A stretch of DNA of 64,000 bases from Camelus ferus (taxonomy: Eukaryota), in assembly GCF_009834535.1 (NCBI RefSeq), contig NC_045697.1, positions 8,124,001 to 8,188,000 of the forward strand, read 5' to 3'. Numbering within the stretch: position 1 is the stretch's first letter; the number at the start of each line of letters is the position of its first letter. A program made the translations under genes and the position numbers. Positions 1 through 14,042 of this stretch are shown here, one piece after another. The notes under the pieces were generated by a model. That model was not told where the DNA came from. It worked only from the letters and a program-made list of their open reading frames with translations, and ran no database searches.

Positions 1-369
1 ATGCTTATCTTAAAAGGCACAGGTAGTGATTGAACTATGTAAAGCCCTGAGAAAGACGGTCAGATTTTCACTTCATTAAAACATGTCTAGCAACAGAGTA
101 GACCTTGGGCTGGCAAAGTCTTGATGGGATAGAGGCAGACCAGGTAGGTGGTGCCTGAATAAATTCCCATGGGGCAAAAAATGAATGTCTACACTAAGAC
201 AGTGGTTGTCACAGTAGAAGAAAAGGACATGATGGTGAGAGGTATCAAGGGGGATAGGACTGAGTGGAAAATGGATATGGAAGACTTACCATTGGCTTTG
301 TCTTGGGGCCAAGTAAATAATGCTGTTATTCCATTGGTACACAATGTAGAAAGGGAGCTGTCTGGGGAC
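1..369 (-). mobile_element. L2 LINE fragment (left part, interrupted by MaLR element)
   Basis: Purine-rich sequence resembling antisense L2 (ggcagaccaggtagg...gtcttggggccaagtaaataatgctgttattccattgg); continues at 2301. Confidence 0.65.
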
Positions 370-2300
370 TATGAATGGGGCAATGCTATATATTCAGCAA
401 ATCTGTTTACTTTCCTCCCAGTCCCATAGGAAGACTGTATTGTAGACTTATGTATTTGAGTTGTAGCTAATGGGATAGGGGTATAAGTGATGTCTGTCAC
501 TTCCAGCCCCGGCCCTTAAAATCTCCCACATGAACCTCCATGTGTTCTTCCTTTGGCTGCCCAGTGGTGGCCTCCAGGGTGATTGTGGAGCCACAGAATG
601 GAAGTAGCCTGGGACTGTGAGTCATTGCTGAAAGAAGAACGACCATGCACACATTAGACCATATGTGAGTGAGGGATAGTCCTCTGCAATATTAAGCCAG
701 TGAGATCTGGTGTTGTTTCTCACAGAAGTCAGCCTGTCCTGACTAAATCAGACAGTGGTACCTCAAAGCAGGGAGTTGCTGTAAAACAAACAAGCAAACA
801 ACAGAAACAAAACAAAGTAAACTTAATTTCAGCATCATTAACCTTAGTTGATTGGCAGGTAACAGGGTGGTCATTGGACGGCTGGAGATCCAGGCTATAT
901 GGTAGCCAATCAGTTGGTAAAATTGTAGGAATTATTTGGAAGGCAGATCATGCTCCTCTTGAGCTGGAAAAGAGTCTGTAAACAGATTTTACTAGTGCAT
1001 ATTCGTTGGTATTACGTGCATTTGGCAAGTATTAAATAAAAGGGAAAAAATAGCTCAGGAAAGAAATGGCTGGTTGGCAAGCAGGAAAGAATTAGAATGC
1101 CAAAGTCCAGAAATTCAGGGTTGTCTAGGGGTAGAAAAGCTAAGTATTCCTAGGTCCCAAGGATAAAAGATGTAATTTTAAAAAGCTTTGTGTGAAAGAC
1201 CCAGTATAGCTTCTCCACTGAATGTAAGAACTCAGCCCCGTGGCAAAGACCAGAATAAGGACGTAGACTTCCCAGATATTGTTTCAGGATACCTTAGGAC
1301 AGGAGTTACCCTTCGCTAGAGAAAGAAGGAAGCCTGACAGCTAAGAAGCAATGAAATAAATCAGACTTGAGAATCACGGCTTATGAAAGGACCTTGGGTA
1401 TGGTAATGACCACATGAGACTGACTAATAAGAAATAAATCAGAAGCTTGCAAAATTTGTAAGGAAAATGATTTTCCAAAGAAAATATGAAACTGGAATAA
1501 AAATAGTAATAGGAGGGGGTACAAAGGCTTTCTCAAGACTCAGCCCTACAATTACCAATCTTCCATAAGCAGGAATGAAGCTAAAAATGCAGTACAGGAC
1601 GGAAATACTCCCCTTACCCTTCAGATGTGGCCAAGGGAGGTTATAAACATGAAGGAACCCCCAAAACTGGAACCAGTGACCTTAGAGTATAAAGGGCAGG
1701 AAAGCTTCTACTTAAGAGCAGAACAGAGGCCCCAGGTTAGAACTCCTCCCCTCCCTTAAGGTAGAAAACGGTCAAAATTCCTATTCTGCAAACATTGGAC
1801 ATGAATTACTATGGTCCAGAAGCTCCTTTTCCCTTGCCCAAATGGAAGTTTTATTGCAGTTATCCTGCATCATTCTCTATGAAAGTTGTATTTTCATTCA
1901 TGGGTCTCTGAATCACAAAGAACATTTGATCTGATGGAGAAGACTATATGTTATCCATAGACCTGGGCTTTGGGATGGATGCAGTGTCTAAATGGGGCTC
2001 TGAGTTTTCTCCCTTAGGAAAAAGATCAAGTTTGTTCTATGTTTGGTGAGAAAGGATCAAGGCCCTAAAAACTCCCAAGTGATCTCCATGCTTCTTTCTT
2101 CTTTTTGCAGCCAACATGAATTAAGAAGGAATTGGAAGCCACCTGTGAAAGATAGTAAAGCCTAGAATTAAAAGAGCCTGGGTCCCTGAATGCCTGTATG
2201 GTGCGCTGGCCCTCTCAGGACCACACTGCACAGGGTGAGCAATAAACTTTCCAGGACTTGCATGTTATAGCAGCTAGCAGGATTTATTCTGACTAACATA
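370..2300 (+). mobile_element. ERVL-MaLR (MLT1I/J-like) element with 5' LTR (~370-750), internal region (~751-2060) and partial 3' LTR (~2061-2300)
   Basis: MLT1 LTR motifs (gtgatgtctgtcacttccagc; LTR ends cctgactaaatca and ttctgactaacata); internal region starts gacagtggtacc as in MaLR-int. Confidence 0.75.
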
Positions 2301-2390
2301 AAGGGAAAAACTATGAATTCAGTTTTGAACATGATGAGTTAGAGATGCCTATAAAACACTGAAGCTGAGATATTAATAAGGCAATTATAC
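2301..2390 (-). mobile_element. L2 fragment (continuation of 1-369)
   Basis: tatgaattcagttttgaacatgatgagttagagatgcct matches antisense L2 immediately after the 1-369 breakpoint. Confidence 0.7.
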
Positions 2391-2399
2391 TGACTTGTG

Positions 2400-3107
2400 T
2401 GTATGTGTATTTCCACATCTAGGAAACCTGTCTAAGGTGACTACTAACTCACTACTACTTCCTCCATTGAGACATGAAGTCTAATTCCTTTGGATTTGGG
2501 ATAGATCTAGTAAATTGATTGACAAATCAATGTGGCGTGTGAAGCTAGGTCATAAAAAATTTTGCAGCTTCTGGCTGGGCTCTTGTAGCAATGGTTCCAA
2601 GAGCTTTGAGTGGCCATATCAAATGTCTAAATACCCAGAGACCACCATGCTGAGCAGCCACAGGTAGGTGCTCTGATTGACAGTCCCAGTGGAATCTTCT
2701 GGCTATTTCCACAAAGGTGCTAGACATATACCAACCTTCTTAGATCCTCCAGACCAGCCCATCACCAGCTGAATAGTGACCACTGTCAAAGGAGTTAGTA
2801 TGTGAGTGAACTGGCCCTCTGGTAAAAATTGTTTTAAAAGATTCCAGTGTTTGCTGCTTTTTGTGGCATATATAACCTCACCATGGCCAGTTCTAAGCTA
2901 TTAAATGTTTAGCCACAGAGCTCACAAAATTCCTGAATATTTAGCAATTGACAGATGCAAGCCAGCTCCAGCACATCATAGAAGAATCTCCTAGCTGAGC
3001 GTTGTTTGAATTCCTGAACCACAGCATCATAAAATATAATAAAATGCATGTTGTTTTAAGGCACTAAGTTTTGATTCATTTGTATACAGCAAAAGATAAT
3101 CAAAATA
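2400..3107 (+). mobile_element. MLT1G/H-like LTR, interrupted by MER63A
   Basis: aagctaggtcataaaa...gcagcttc; end gttgttttaaggcactaagttttg...cagcaaaagataatc. Confidence 0.7.
2787..2979 (-). mobile_element. MER63A-like hAT-Blackjack DNA transposon
   Basis: caccatggccagttctaagcta...ctcacaaaattcctgaatatttagcaattg...gccagctccagcacatca matches the reverse complement of the MER63A consensus. Confidence 0.75.
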
Positions 3108-4039
3108 AAATATATGGCAGTATATTGAATAAGACTATCCTATTGTCCCCAAGTTAGGGATGAGGAGTCAAACCTGAGGACAAGGATGTATAAAGTACTT
3201 ACAGATTCTAAAAACAGTTGCAAACATTTGGGGGAGAAACTTTCTTCGAGGCAATGAAAAGCCAGCACCTCAGTTATCATCTAATTTATTGTATCTCCAT
3301 CTATGTAAGAAGATGGCCAAGGGGAGAAAAAGGGTCAGGGGAAGTTTTGTGAGTGTGATGTTCCCTGTGTCCCCCACCTCCCCAGAGTCCTAGGTCTAAA
3401 TTCTCTACCCTAATCCGAATGGTCCAGAGACCAGGGGAAGCCTAGTATCTATGTCATTCGTTGGATATCTGCTTTTAGGCAGCAGACTCTGCTCTGCTCC
3501 TACCTCTGCAGGTAGGAAGAGAATTGGAATGAGATAGGACAATTATATCATCCATTTACTTTGTCATACGAACAGTGCTTGTAACTTTAGAGAGTACCAT
3601 CATGAGAGAGCAGAGTGGGCAGAAAACCTATTGCAGCTTGTTAAGAAGGGAGTGAGGGTTTCACTCTGGCGATAGGTTCCTTTGGGAAGGACTAATAGGC
3701 TGGATCCAGGATTAGACCCGAGCTTACTGATTTGGGGCCACTCAGGATGTAGGAAGACAGAGATCTCACTCGAAGTGGAAAGCAAAGAAAGCCTAATGAA
3801 GGGACTACCTACAAGGGTGCTGTTGGGGCCAAGGAAGCCAGCACAGGATAAGGAAGCACCCAAGGGTGAGCAACATAAAGAAAGAAAGATCTATTGCCAG
3901 AACCCGACAAAAGTGTAATCATCAAGGAGCTGCGGCCTTAAAGGGAGGAATGCAGCCACTGATGAGAATAAGGAGGGGGGGCTCTGAGACTTCTCTGAGG
4001 AAGTCACTGTGGAGGTCCTCCAGGACACTCAGAGAGCAT

Positions 4040-4340
4040 TTCTAGCTCTGCCTTCCAAGAAAATAGTAGGACCCCTCTTCTTGACACCCTCGTGGTTGGC
4101 TGGGACCATGTCATCATTTCCAGTCAATGAGTTGTGAATGGACACAGGTGAGTGACTTCCCGTCCCAGGACTGAATGATGGTTCCAGGTGTTCAGTGAGC
4201 ACTTTCCATCTGCGTGGGGACCAGACACCTCCCAGATCACAGCTCTCCTTTAATGGGCGTGAAACACGAACAAGAAGTAAGGCTTTAAGTCACTAAGACT
4301 CCTTGACCATAGTGTAACCTACACTGTCGTGACTGATAGA
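4040..4340 (+). mobile_element. Old MLT1 (K/L-like) LTR fragment
   Basis: ggaccatgtc...caatgagttgtgaatgg...gacttcc; end gctttaagtcactaaga...gtgactgata. Confidence 0.55.
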
Positions 4341-4654
4341 GAAATGGTTAAACTGAGATTTGAGGAATGGGAATGAGCTATGAGATGGATTTTACCAACT
4401 CAACGATTGTGAGTAACTTAATGATGTTAAGAGGGAAACCATTTTGACTAAGAATTGCACTAAAATTGTGTTTCATAAACTGTTTTTTAAAAATCCCTCA
4501 AAATAAAATCTTAAAGTTGGAATATTTATTGTGTTCTTGTCATATTTTGTCACTGACTAACCTCAAGCATAAGATATAACCTCTTAATTTTTAATTACAA
4601 CAACTGTGAGATAAAGGAGATTTAGTTAACAAAGCTGAGGAATATGTGCTACTT

Positions 4655-4865
4655 GGAGCTTGGCTCTGAGCTCCAGTGCACATGGGGTCCAGTCCCAGCT
4701 CTGCTGCTTTCCATTTTTTGATGGTTGGAAAGTCTCAAAGCTTCAGCTTCCACACCTGAAACCCAGGATGCCATATGGATTTTTGTAAGGGTTAAATGAA
4801 ATGGTACATGTGCACACTGCAGCCTGATGCTTTGATTCAGCAAACACTCAGTAATTATTAGCTCC
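4655..4865 (+). mobile_element. MIR SINE
   Basis: ggtccagtcccagctctgc...gcttcagcttccacacctgaaa...gtaagggttaaatgaaat. Confidence 0.7.
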
Positions 4866-5147
4866 CTTTATGATTCATTTCATCATCACCACCATCAATG
4901 CTACCTCACAGCTCTGAAAATCTATGATTCATTTCACTCAGTTATTCTTGTGGATAACTTGTTGATTTAAAGTTATTGTTTTGATTTAGGACACGAGGAC
5001 CAGGAACACTTGGGTATAGTGCATTCTGAAACAGGAAATCTGAAGCTAGAGTTTCAGGTTTCTACCACCCTTTGTAACCATAAGATTAAAGACAAGAAGG
5101 TCTTCATTTGTTAACTTGCTAGTTATGGTCTTTTTAGTCATAAACTT

Positions 5148-6190
5148 TGTTGGCTTTAAAAATATAACAACCAGCAAAATGAATTTATTCAGGACTAGCA
5201 GAGAATTTCAATTAAAGACAAGTATTTTATAGCAAAACTATAGGCAAGTCTAGAGACACAAAGGAGAGGAACTTTTATTTATAGAGGAAAAGGAGAAATT
5301 GAGAGGTGTGTTACAAACAAAGATCTCATTGGTGGAAATGGGATTTGAAGGTGTAGTGGCTTTTCATTGGCTGAGTTGTGAGAGCCTCTGTTGCCAGGCA
5401 AAGGTAAAATCTTTCTCCTGCAGATGCAGTCAGGTAATAATCTTCTTGTTAGAGATGCAAGCTATGCCTCTTCTTGGTTGGGGCCGGCAGACAGCAGTAA
5501 GCGGTAGAGCTTGAGAGCTTCCCCCTTCCACTTCCCAAGTCCAATTTAAATGAGGTTTCCTTTATTTCTTTTCACATTTCCTGTTTGATCAAGATCTTTT
5601 CTTGAAAGTATCACGGATCAAAAATCAGGTTTTCAGATTTCAGTGGCTTTTGTCCATTAGTGTCAACAGGGACCTTTCCTGAGTGTCATGTCCCATATCA
5701 GATGGAAAGTGCACAGGTTGGGAAACTATTGAGATCACATTTGAGAAATAAAGAGGGGTAGGAGGGGGAACTCTCAGGCACTTCCCCCTAAGTCTGTATC
5801 TTAGCAAGGTCATAAACGTTGGCAATCATCTTCAAGCTCTGAGCCAGCATCACTTTATTGGGTACATTGTGTTTTTGCTTGTTTGTTTGTGTTAAAGGTT
5901 TAACAGGCCTTTAAATGGTAAAGTACTTTAAAATAATCACACAAAGCAGAACTAAAAGTAACACGACAATTCCAAATTATATGATGGTTCCAAATCAGGA
6001 GCCTGAAGATAACGTGCTAAATAAATAAAAAGATCATGAATCATTCAATACAATTTCTTATAGGCAATGTGCTTGTTTCCTAATTTAATGCAAGTTGGGT
6101 TTCTACTTCCCTAGAGGAGTTTATCCATGTGCAGCAGGTGGTGTTTGCTCCCATATGTATATCTAAAACTCCTTTTATATGACTTACTGG
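5148..6190 (-). mobile_element. ERV1-class LTR (5148-5576) with adjoining 3' internal fragment
   Basis: On the minus strand the LTR starts TGTGAAAA (5576) after a purine-rich PPT-like gatcaaacaggaaa and ends ...GCCAACA (5148); AATAAA is present inside the LTR. Confidence 0.6.
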
Positions 6191-6859
6191 ACTGTAACTA
6201 CTTAATATTATGGATGGCATCCTGTCCCTGAGTGCCTTGTAAAATACCTGGCATATGGCAGGTGTCTCTTAGGTGATTTAGAATTAATGAATTGATTTGA
6301 TAATCTGAGACACATAGTGACATTCCTGGATGAATCCTAAGTCTAACATTTATGAGCCAAGTAACATTGATCAAGTCACAGACGCTGAAACAGGGCTCTG
6401 TTTCAGTGGTTACTTTGCAAAGTTTAACAGCATATGCATTGTGTGTGTAGAAGGCATTAAGACAGTGGCACAAAGCTGGGGAATGGCTGAATAAAACTGA
6501 GAATTGGCATTTTCCCTAGCTATTTTGAAAAAGTGTTATAAGGAGAAATATGAGAATAAATGCTACCTCTCCTCCCTTTCTGTCCTTCCCCCAAGCCCCT
6601 TGACTACGTGTGATTGCACTGGGAAAGTGTGGATGTTAGCTAAGGGGGACTACAAGTCAGATGACCAGCAGGGGTCAGGGCTGTAGGAACAGCAAAGCCA
6701 TCAAGCTGGCACAGGGGACAGGCATACACACTCCTGCTGCAGAGGCAAAAGCTGTGGACAAATACCCCAGTAAAGATTTGATGATGTCCCATTAGCTCTT
6801 CCAAAACAAGTTTGCAGAGCTGTTATCTATCATTTGTCCTCATCAAAACAATAGCCAAT

Positions 6860-7091
6860 TGTATTGTGTTTGACTTGCACTGGCTCCTTTTATTCTTCCA
6901 CCAACTCCATGAGGAAGGTATCACACCTCAAACTGTTTTGCAGGAAAAAAAAAAAAAAACAGAAACATGAGGGTTAGAGAGGTGGAAATAACTTGACTAA
7001 AGTGACACAGGCAATTGTGGGTAGAAAGTGGATTGCAATTGAGGTCAGCCTGACTCCAAGTGCCTACTCTTAACCACTACTTTGTATTGCC
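6860..7091 (-). mobile_element. MIR SINE
   Basis: gaaacatgagggttagagaggtggaaataacttgactaaagtgacacag...ctgactccaagtgcctactcttaaccactac. Confidence 0.8.
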
Positions 7092-7233
7092 ATGGATTCC
7101 ATGTTTCCGGAACAAAATAGGCAAAATTAACAATTTTAGCCATTGTGCCTCATTCTCTTCATCTATAAAACAATAATAAAGGAACACTTTACAAAGCTCT
7201 TGTTATTATAAATGTCCATAGTCCACGTGATTC

Positions 7234-8150
7234 TGTGATTTACAATAAGAAATACGTATTTGGTCTTTGGCCCCGTTTCTAACACAGAGCTCCTAAAATG
7301 CTTAGAATTTCCTATAAAAGATATAAAGGTATCGTTTGCTAATGAGGTGATTTTTGTAAAGCCTTTAGGTAACCTAAGGATGGGGGCTGGTTGCCAGGGG
7401 AACCGACCATGTGATTAGAGGGTTGGAACTTCCAGTCGTAGTTGGAACTTTCCTACCCCAACCTCCAGGGAAAGGAGAGACGTTGCAGGGTGAACCCAAC
7501 GTTAATTGCCAATGATTTAATCAGTCCGACTGTAATGAACCTTCAGCTAAAACCCAAAAAGACGGGGTTGCTAGAGCGTCTGGGCTGTGAACGCGTGGAG
7601 GTGCTGGGAGAGCGATGCACCTGGAGAGAGTTCGGAGCGCCGTGCTCTTCCCTCGGGCCCTGCCCTTGCAGCTCCTCCACCTGGCTCTTCCTGAGTAGCA
7701 TCCTTTTATAATAAACTGGTGACCTTATAAATGAAATAGTTCTTTGAGTCCTGTGAGCCTTTCTAGCAAATTAATCGAACCTGAGGAGGAGGCCATGGGA
7801 GCCTCTGATTTACAGCCAGTGGGTCAGGAGTACAGTAACAACCCTGATTTGCAACTGGCACCTCAAGTTCAAAGTAGAGGGTCATTGGGACCTCTGATCT
7901 ATAGCCAGCTGGTCAGAAGCACCCATAACAAAGTGCACTAGCAACTAGCATCTGAAGTGGGAGGCATGGGGGAACAGCTTTGTAGGACGGAGCCCAAAAC
8001 CCATGGGGTCTGACACTATTTTCAGGTAGATAGTGTCAGAATTGGCTTGAATTATAGGAGACCAGCCAGTGTCTGGAGAACTGATTGTTGCTAGTGTGGG
8101 AACCACACACACACACACACACACACACACGTTGCAGTTCATCTCCAGAC
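7234..8150 (+). mobile_element. MER21-family LTR
   Basis: tgtgatttacaataagaaatacgtatttggtc...ggatgggggctggttgccagggga...caggtagatagtgtcagaattg; typical MER21 sequence. Confidence 0.85.
8104..8130 (+). repeat. (CA)n microsatellite
   Basis: Direct read of a perfect CA run. Confidence 0.95.
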
Positions 8151-10489
8151 CACCAAAATAATCAGTTATTATAAATGTGCATTTTTTTAAGATCAGTGGC
8201 TTACAGTCAGATGTGTGGAGCCTTGTTTTACTAGAACATAACCTTCTGTTCACTTCCTCATCCCAGGACCCTTCAGCAGTAGTTGTCATCTCTTTGGGGT
8301 AATTACTTGCCCATATCCCTACAGGAGACATTTGGCTTTAAATGTATTTAAAGATGCTTCATTTCCCTTGTTGTCTTTGTGTGCACATTGTTAATTAGCA
8401 CCTGAGTCCCACCAGGTCTCTGGAAATCAATGGAGAGCTTAGAAAAGCATTCTCTGGACCCCAAGGACCAGTAGGTCTATGATCTGTTCCTTTGCTGTGT
8501 TGTCTCTTTTCTTCCGAGTTTCACCTACCAGACAGATAGTGGTGTTTTAATTGATCCTTGTGCTTGGGCTGACTTCCCACTTGCTTATGATATAGTATTG
8601 CTGCAAAACATTACGTATTTTCTTCGCCATCTATTCAATCAGTATATCCTCAGTGCCTCCCATAGTAGAGCCCCGGAAGTCAGCAAAACTAGGATGATTC
8701 TATTAAAATCTCCACCTTTTGACACCCGCAATCCTACAGGAGAGGGAGAGAGACCAATAAAAAGAGAGATGACAGTGTGGTGTGATGAAGGCAATAAGTC
8801 TGCAAAGGCATTATGGGGTCACAGAGAAGGAAGACCTCATCCCAGGCTCTGGGGATTGATCTGAGAAGGCTGCCGTAATAATATGTATCTGAATTGAGCA
8901 GCAGAGCATGAGTTTGAGTTGGCAGTTGAAGGAGGGGATGCAGGTAGGAGGGCGAGAGAGGGCATTGTAAGAAGAGTGTGGACCCCTTCACTGACTCCTC
9001 ATGCATCTGATAGAGGCTTGGCTGACTCAGCACCTGTTCTGTGCCGTACACCACACCAGGCACCCAGAACACGACTCTGAATCAGAACATCCAGACCCTC
9101 CCCACCCCTCAGAGATCTTAATGCCAGGTGGTCCTAATCCTTCAGATCTCTGAAGTGTCAGGTTGTGATAAACACAAGTCATGCTCAGAACACAGAGCAG
9201 ACTCAGAAAGTGGGCATGATGAGCTTGGACATGCAGCCGCCCCATAAGGGCCCCAGGGGGTTCAGATGCCAAGTAAAGGGCAAGAGGAGACAGTGATGGA
9301 GCCCACAGGGCCGGGCCCCAGGGGCTTTCCACCGTCAGGCCGAGCAGATGGGTCAGATCTTTGATTTGCAAGGGTCTCTTTGCCAAATATGGGGAACCCT
9401 GGAAACAGAAAGACCAGCCACTTTGTTTTCATTCATCTCAACAAATACTTAAACAGCCCACTGGGTGAAAACACTGAAAGTACAAAGATAAGGGAGTCAT
9501 GCCCTGTGTCCTCCCGAGCAATCTTCTCAGCAGGAGAGAAGTTTCCACACCAAGCCCAACTCCAGCTCAATCTCGTTTTCTTTCCGAGAAAGGGAGGGTG
9601 CAGTGATGACCTCTTCTCACATTCGGGAGAAGGAACTAGTTCCAACTGAGGTAGTTCGGATGCTCAAAGGCAGAACTACAGTGGAGTTGACATTGGCTCA
9701 ATCCCCAGGTCTGGGTAACATGGCACCCAGCAGAGAAAACACAAATCTACTGGAAAGAAAAAGGAGCAGGGGGCTAACTGATGATGAAAATGACGGCAGA
9801 ATAACCTGATTCAGAATAAAGAGCCCATGACCCACGGGTGTCTGTCCCCAGACAGTGAACGGCCGTCACCGTGTGGGGCTGGAACGCCGCGGTGCAGTAA
9901 CAAGGGCCTCTGCACTACATCACAGCCGTCATCAGATTCTGCGGCCGGGATCCAGAATTCTCTCTCGGGGAAGAGAGATTGTCCTTGTCTCCCTGCAACA
10001 AAATGATGTTTTTGGAGAGCGGGAAGATCACCAAGGGGCTAATTAAAAGAGTTATCAAGCACCGGGCGAGAAGCCAACAGCTGAGCAGTCAGAATTCCGG
10101 AAGGTGCTTCCGGGCAAGCTCTTCATCAGCACAAACGGGAGGCCTGCTTCTCAGAAGCCTGACAGTCACGCTCTTAAAGGCACAAACCACGGAAGCCTAA
10201 GGAGCACCCCCTTCCTACAAAAAAGAGCACCTGACCGTAAGAAAACCTAATGGCCACATGATTTAATACTGTCTCTGAAAGCCAACCAATGTCTTTCAGA
10301 AAAGAATCTAGTTGTAAATGAGGTCAGAATAATGTCCTAAATGCAACAGATGTTTCTATAGTTTATTTCAACAAATCTGTATGTCTTTTGTGGGCAGCTA
10401 ATACAAAGATGGAGCTGAGCTTCTATTCTCATGAAGTTTTTCATTAAATAGAGAGTTTGTTCTTGTATTTAATTCTGATTGAACCTAGA

Positions 10490-12330
10490 CATGGGTTGGC
10501 TTGCTGGACACAGAGGTAGGTAAATAAGCAAACAGACAAACACAGGTCCTCTCTGCCGGGGACATTGCCTTCCAGGAGGAGCACAGAAGCACAGAGGTGG
10601 CTGTAACATGACGGGGTGACATGGGTGCAGGTGCACGCAGTGTGAGGAAAGACCCGACCGCCTACCCTGGGAGTGGGGGCAAGAGCTCTCAGGAGGGCGT
10701 CTCAAAGAGGGCGAGGCTGCGTGTGGTGTTAACAGAGGAGGAGAGGTGAGAAAGGGCCCACGGGATGGCAGGGCAGTGGAGAGAGAAGACTTCCAACCCT
10801 AGGCAACAGCATCAAGAGAGGCCAGAAGCGAGAAATCACCCAGAGGGCATGAGCTCCAGCCAGCAGATCAGAGTTCTGGAGATCAGAGCACAAGGAGGAG
10901 CAAATTGAAAGATGAGACAAGACAGGTAGGAACTGCTCATGAACAGGGGCTGCTCTCCTGCGCTAAGGTGTGTGGGCTTCTATCCGTAAGCAGCGGGGTG
11001 ACGTTAAAGGGTGCAACACAAGGGATGCGAGAGTTCAGGACCATGGCCAACAGCCAAAGCAGGGACAGCAGACTCCTGAGCCGAGTAGGGTTGTATAGAC
11101 GTGGCTTCCCATCCAGGTCCCTTACTGACCGCTGAGCACATTACTCAAGGTCTCCAGCCTCCAATGTTCTCTTCTGTACGACAGAGAGAATCAGACGTAC
11201 CGTAGGCGTCGCTGTAATGACTCGATCAGATGGGACACAGCACATTCAGTTAGACGCGGTGGGGGGAGCTCTCACAATGCGAATCGTACATAGTAAGGAC
11301 CGTTCAGTGTCTGGAGAATGTGTTACACACTCCACAGGGGATGTGTGAAGTGACGTGAGTTTAGGTGACACTTAAATTAATATTTTTAACGTTAATGATT
11401 TTATATCTCTTACATGGTAGAAAAATGACAACTACTATAGGAAAACTGGTTTCGTTCATGTTATGGCTTAGCAGATATTTAGCTACATTTAAAAAGAAGC
11501 TCAAAGTCTATTTTTAATAATAAAAGTAACAATAGAGTTGCTACAGAGATACGATGAACGTGGCAAAAGGGATTCTGAGGGCAGTACACAGAAGTTTGAA
11601 GTTTGGGAAACCTTCGTAACTAAAGGGTTATGACTAAAAAGGATAGCTTTTAAATAACTAAACCAAAAAGGATAGCTTTAAAGAAAGGTTATTGTGAGCG
11701 ATGCTGTTGGGAGAACGTGGGGGTTGGAAGGAGGTTCATAATCACATGGATGTGATGACAGGAAGGGGAGAGATCTGCAAAATACTTAGCAGGACTGTCA
11801 GCGTGAATGAGTGATTATTTGAGTGGGGGAGAAGAGGGAGAGAGAGAGAAGTTAAGTCTCTGATGAATGAGAATTCCAGGCTGGGGGTCGTCCCGTGGAC
11901 CACGGGTCCAACGCCATTGAGCCATTGAGAGAATAGAGGGGAAGCAGGTTTAGGTGCAAACACTCCCCCTGTGTGCGTGCAGGGTCTCCCGGGCATCAGG
12001 TGGCAAGTCAGATGCATCGGCTAAGAGCTCACAAAAGTGACATGCTGTACACTAAAGATGGGTATCTAGGAACTCATTTTTCTCTCACCAGGAGTGTGTC
12101 TATTAACAAACATTTATTTAGCACTTACTGCATACTGTTCTCATGCTAGGAGAAGGATATGCAGTTTCGAGCTAAACAGATACAGTCTGTCTTTACAGAA
12201 CTTAGAGTTTGGAAAAGGAGAAAGGTTTTAAACAAACAACCACATGGATTTAGATAATATAGCGTTGTAATGAGTGTCATGAAGGATGTAAGATTGACCC
12301 CTGGCTTTCTGGAAGGAGTTCTCTGATTAA
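10490..12330 (-). mobile_element. Fragmented L2 cluster with nested MIR (~11050-11300, +) and hAT-Charlie-like DNA transposon (~11306-11615)
   Basis: Antisense L2 motifs (aacaaacatttatttagcacttactg; gaattccaggctgggg); MIR core (cctccaatgttctcttctgta); Charlie-type end tgaagtttgggaaacc. Confidence 0.6.
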
Positions 12331-13078
12331 GAAGCTCTAAGTGGGACTGGATGGTGAGAGCCAGAGAGCGGGGTCCAGGGCTTGGTGCAGAGGCTGGGGC
12401 TGAAACTCCAGGAATAGCTATGAGGGCTTGTGATGAAAGGCGTAAAGTAAAAGCAGTGGACCCCGGAGGCAGCCACCTTTAAGGTGCGGGCCTCTGAGGG
12501 GCTGAAAGCATGTGGGAGGAGGTTTAGGAAAACCAAGAGAGGTGGGCTCTCGTCAGCCAGGGTAGCTGGGAGCTGCAAGGAGGAGGGAGGGGCACACTCT
12601 GAGACACTGGCAAAGATGGCCAATAACACAAGGCCATTTTTGACTTGGAAGAGCATCCCCAAATAACTCATTTTCAGGGGGGAATGAGTGGAGGTTGGCC
12701 CACGCCTCCAGGCCCCCTCCCACCCCCCCAACCCCTCACCCAGGCGGTGCCACGAGAGGGTGTGGGGACTCGGGCGCCGCCCTCACATGCCCTGCTCTCT
12801 GGGCTGCTGTCTTTCCTCTCTGTGTCGAGCATCCTTATCTGGCAAACAGGGACAAAAGCTCCTTTACTCCATACCAAGCACAGTGTAAGCACGGAGTACA
12901 GAAAGGAGAACATACAAATGGACAGATGAGAAAGGAAGTGAGGTCGGATGGGTTCGGTGCCAGGCGTTAGTAAGAGCCAGACACACCCTGATTTCACGCT
13001 CCTCTTTTTCTCTATCGTGTCTGTGTAGCACAACTCAGATTGCCACCTTAAAAAAATCAAAATCGAAACCAAACAACA

Positions 13079-13142
13079 ACCAGAAATTGAAACAACACTG
13101 TAAACTGACTACACTTCAATAAACAAACAAACAAACACACAA
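13079..13142 (+). mobile_element. Young L1 extreme 3' end (camelid/cetartiodactyl type)
   Basis: ccagaaattgaaacaacactgtaaactgactacacttcaataaa plus A-rich tail; possible TSD aaacaacaac (13071-13080 / 13143-13152). Confidence 0.7.
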
Positions 13143-13990
13143 AAACAACAACAAAGCTCCCTTTGATGCCTAAGGGCACAACTAACGTTTCCTCTCCCGG
13201 GCTCCCACAGCAAATAAGAAACATCTCAGTTATAGCACTGATCGCATCAGATAGTAGTTGTTTTCCCTGCTCTTGTTTTCCACTTAAGGGAAAATTTTTT
13301 TCTAGAGACACTGTCTTATTTGAGTTTGCATTTCTAGTGCCAAGCAATAGAAATACATAATTTTAAATTGCAACAAAAATCTACAATACATCATTGGAGA
13401 TTAAATGAATGATCCCCATAGAAACAGTACGATTTCAGACATTTTACATTGATAACCTGATGCAGCTTAGAGAAATGATGTGATTTGCCCAAGATCTCCC
13501 AGTGCATTCACAGCAGAGCTGGCCCTGGACCTCTGCCCTTTGAGTTTAAATCGCAGACACCTTTTCATGCAGCACCCTGAGAAATGAGAATGTGAAATGA
13601 AGACGGGGCCAGACAGACCCAGCACAGGTCTCTGTGGGGAGGGAGGGAGGAAAGACAAGTGAACACCAAAGGGTTCTACCTCTACCTGCCTAATTCCCTG
13701 CTTTTCCAAAGCAGAGAAAGTAAGTGTGGGGCACAGAATTACCTTCATAGCCATTATATAAATAAACAGCTGGAGAATCGGTGTGTGCATTCCAAGATAC
13801 TTACCAATTCTCCAGTAATAATTATCTCTGGAGAGAGAAAGAAGAAAAGAGGATTGTGGGTGGAGATTTCAGCTGCCTATATTTTTTAAAAGAGCTGAAA
13901 TAAGTACGATGGATGATCACAGTTGTCAGAGGAAGGTGGTGAGCACACAGGTGGTGTTGCTGTCCATACTTTTCTAAATGTTTAAAATAT

Positions 13991-13991
13991 T

Positions 13992-14042
<51 letters not shown>

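Noticed and set aside
9647..9660. let-7-like start TGAGGTAGT
   Set aside because: Only 9 nt match, with no mature sequence or hairpin arm
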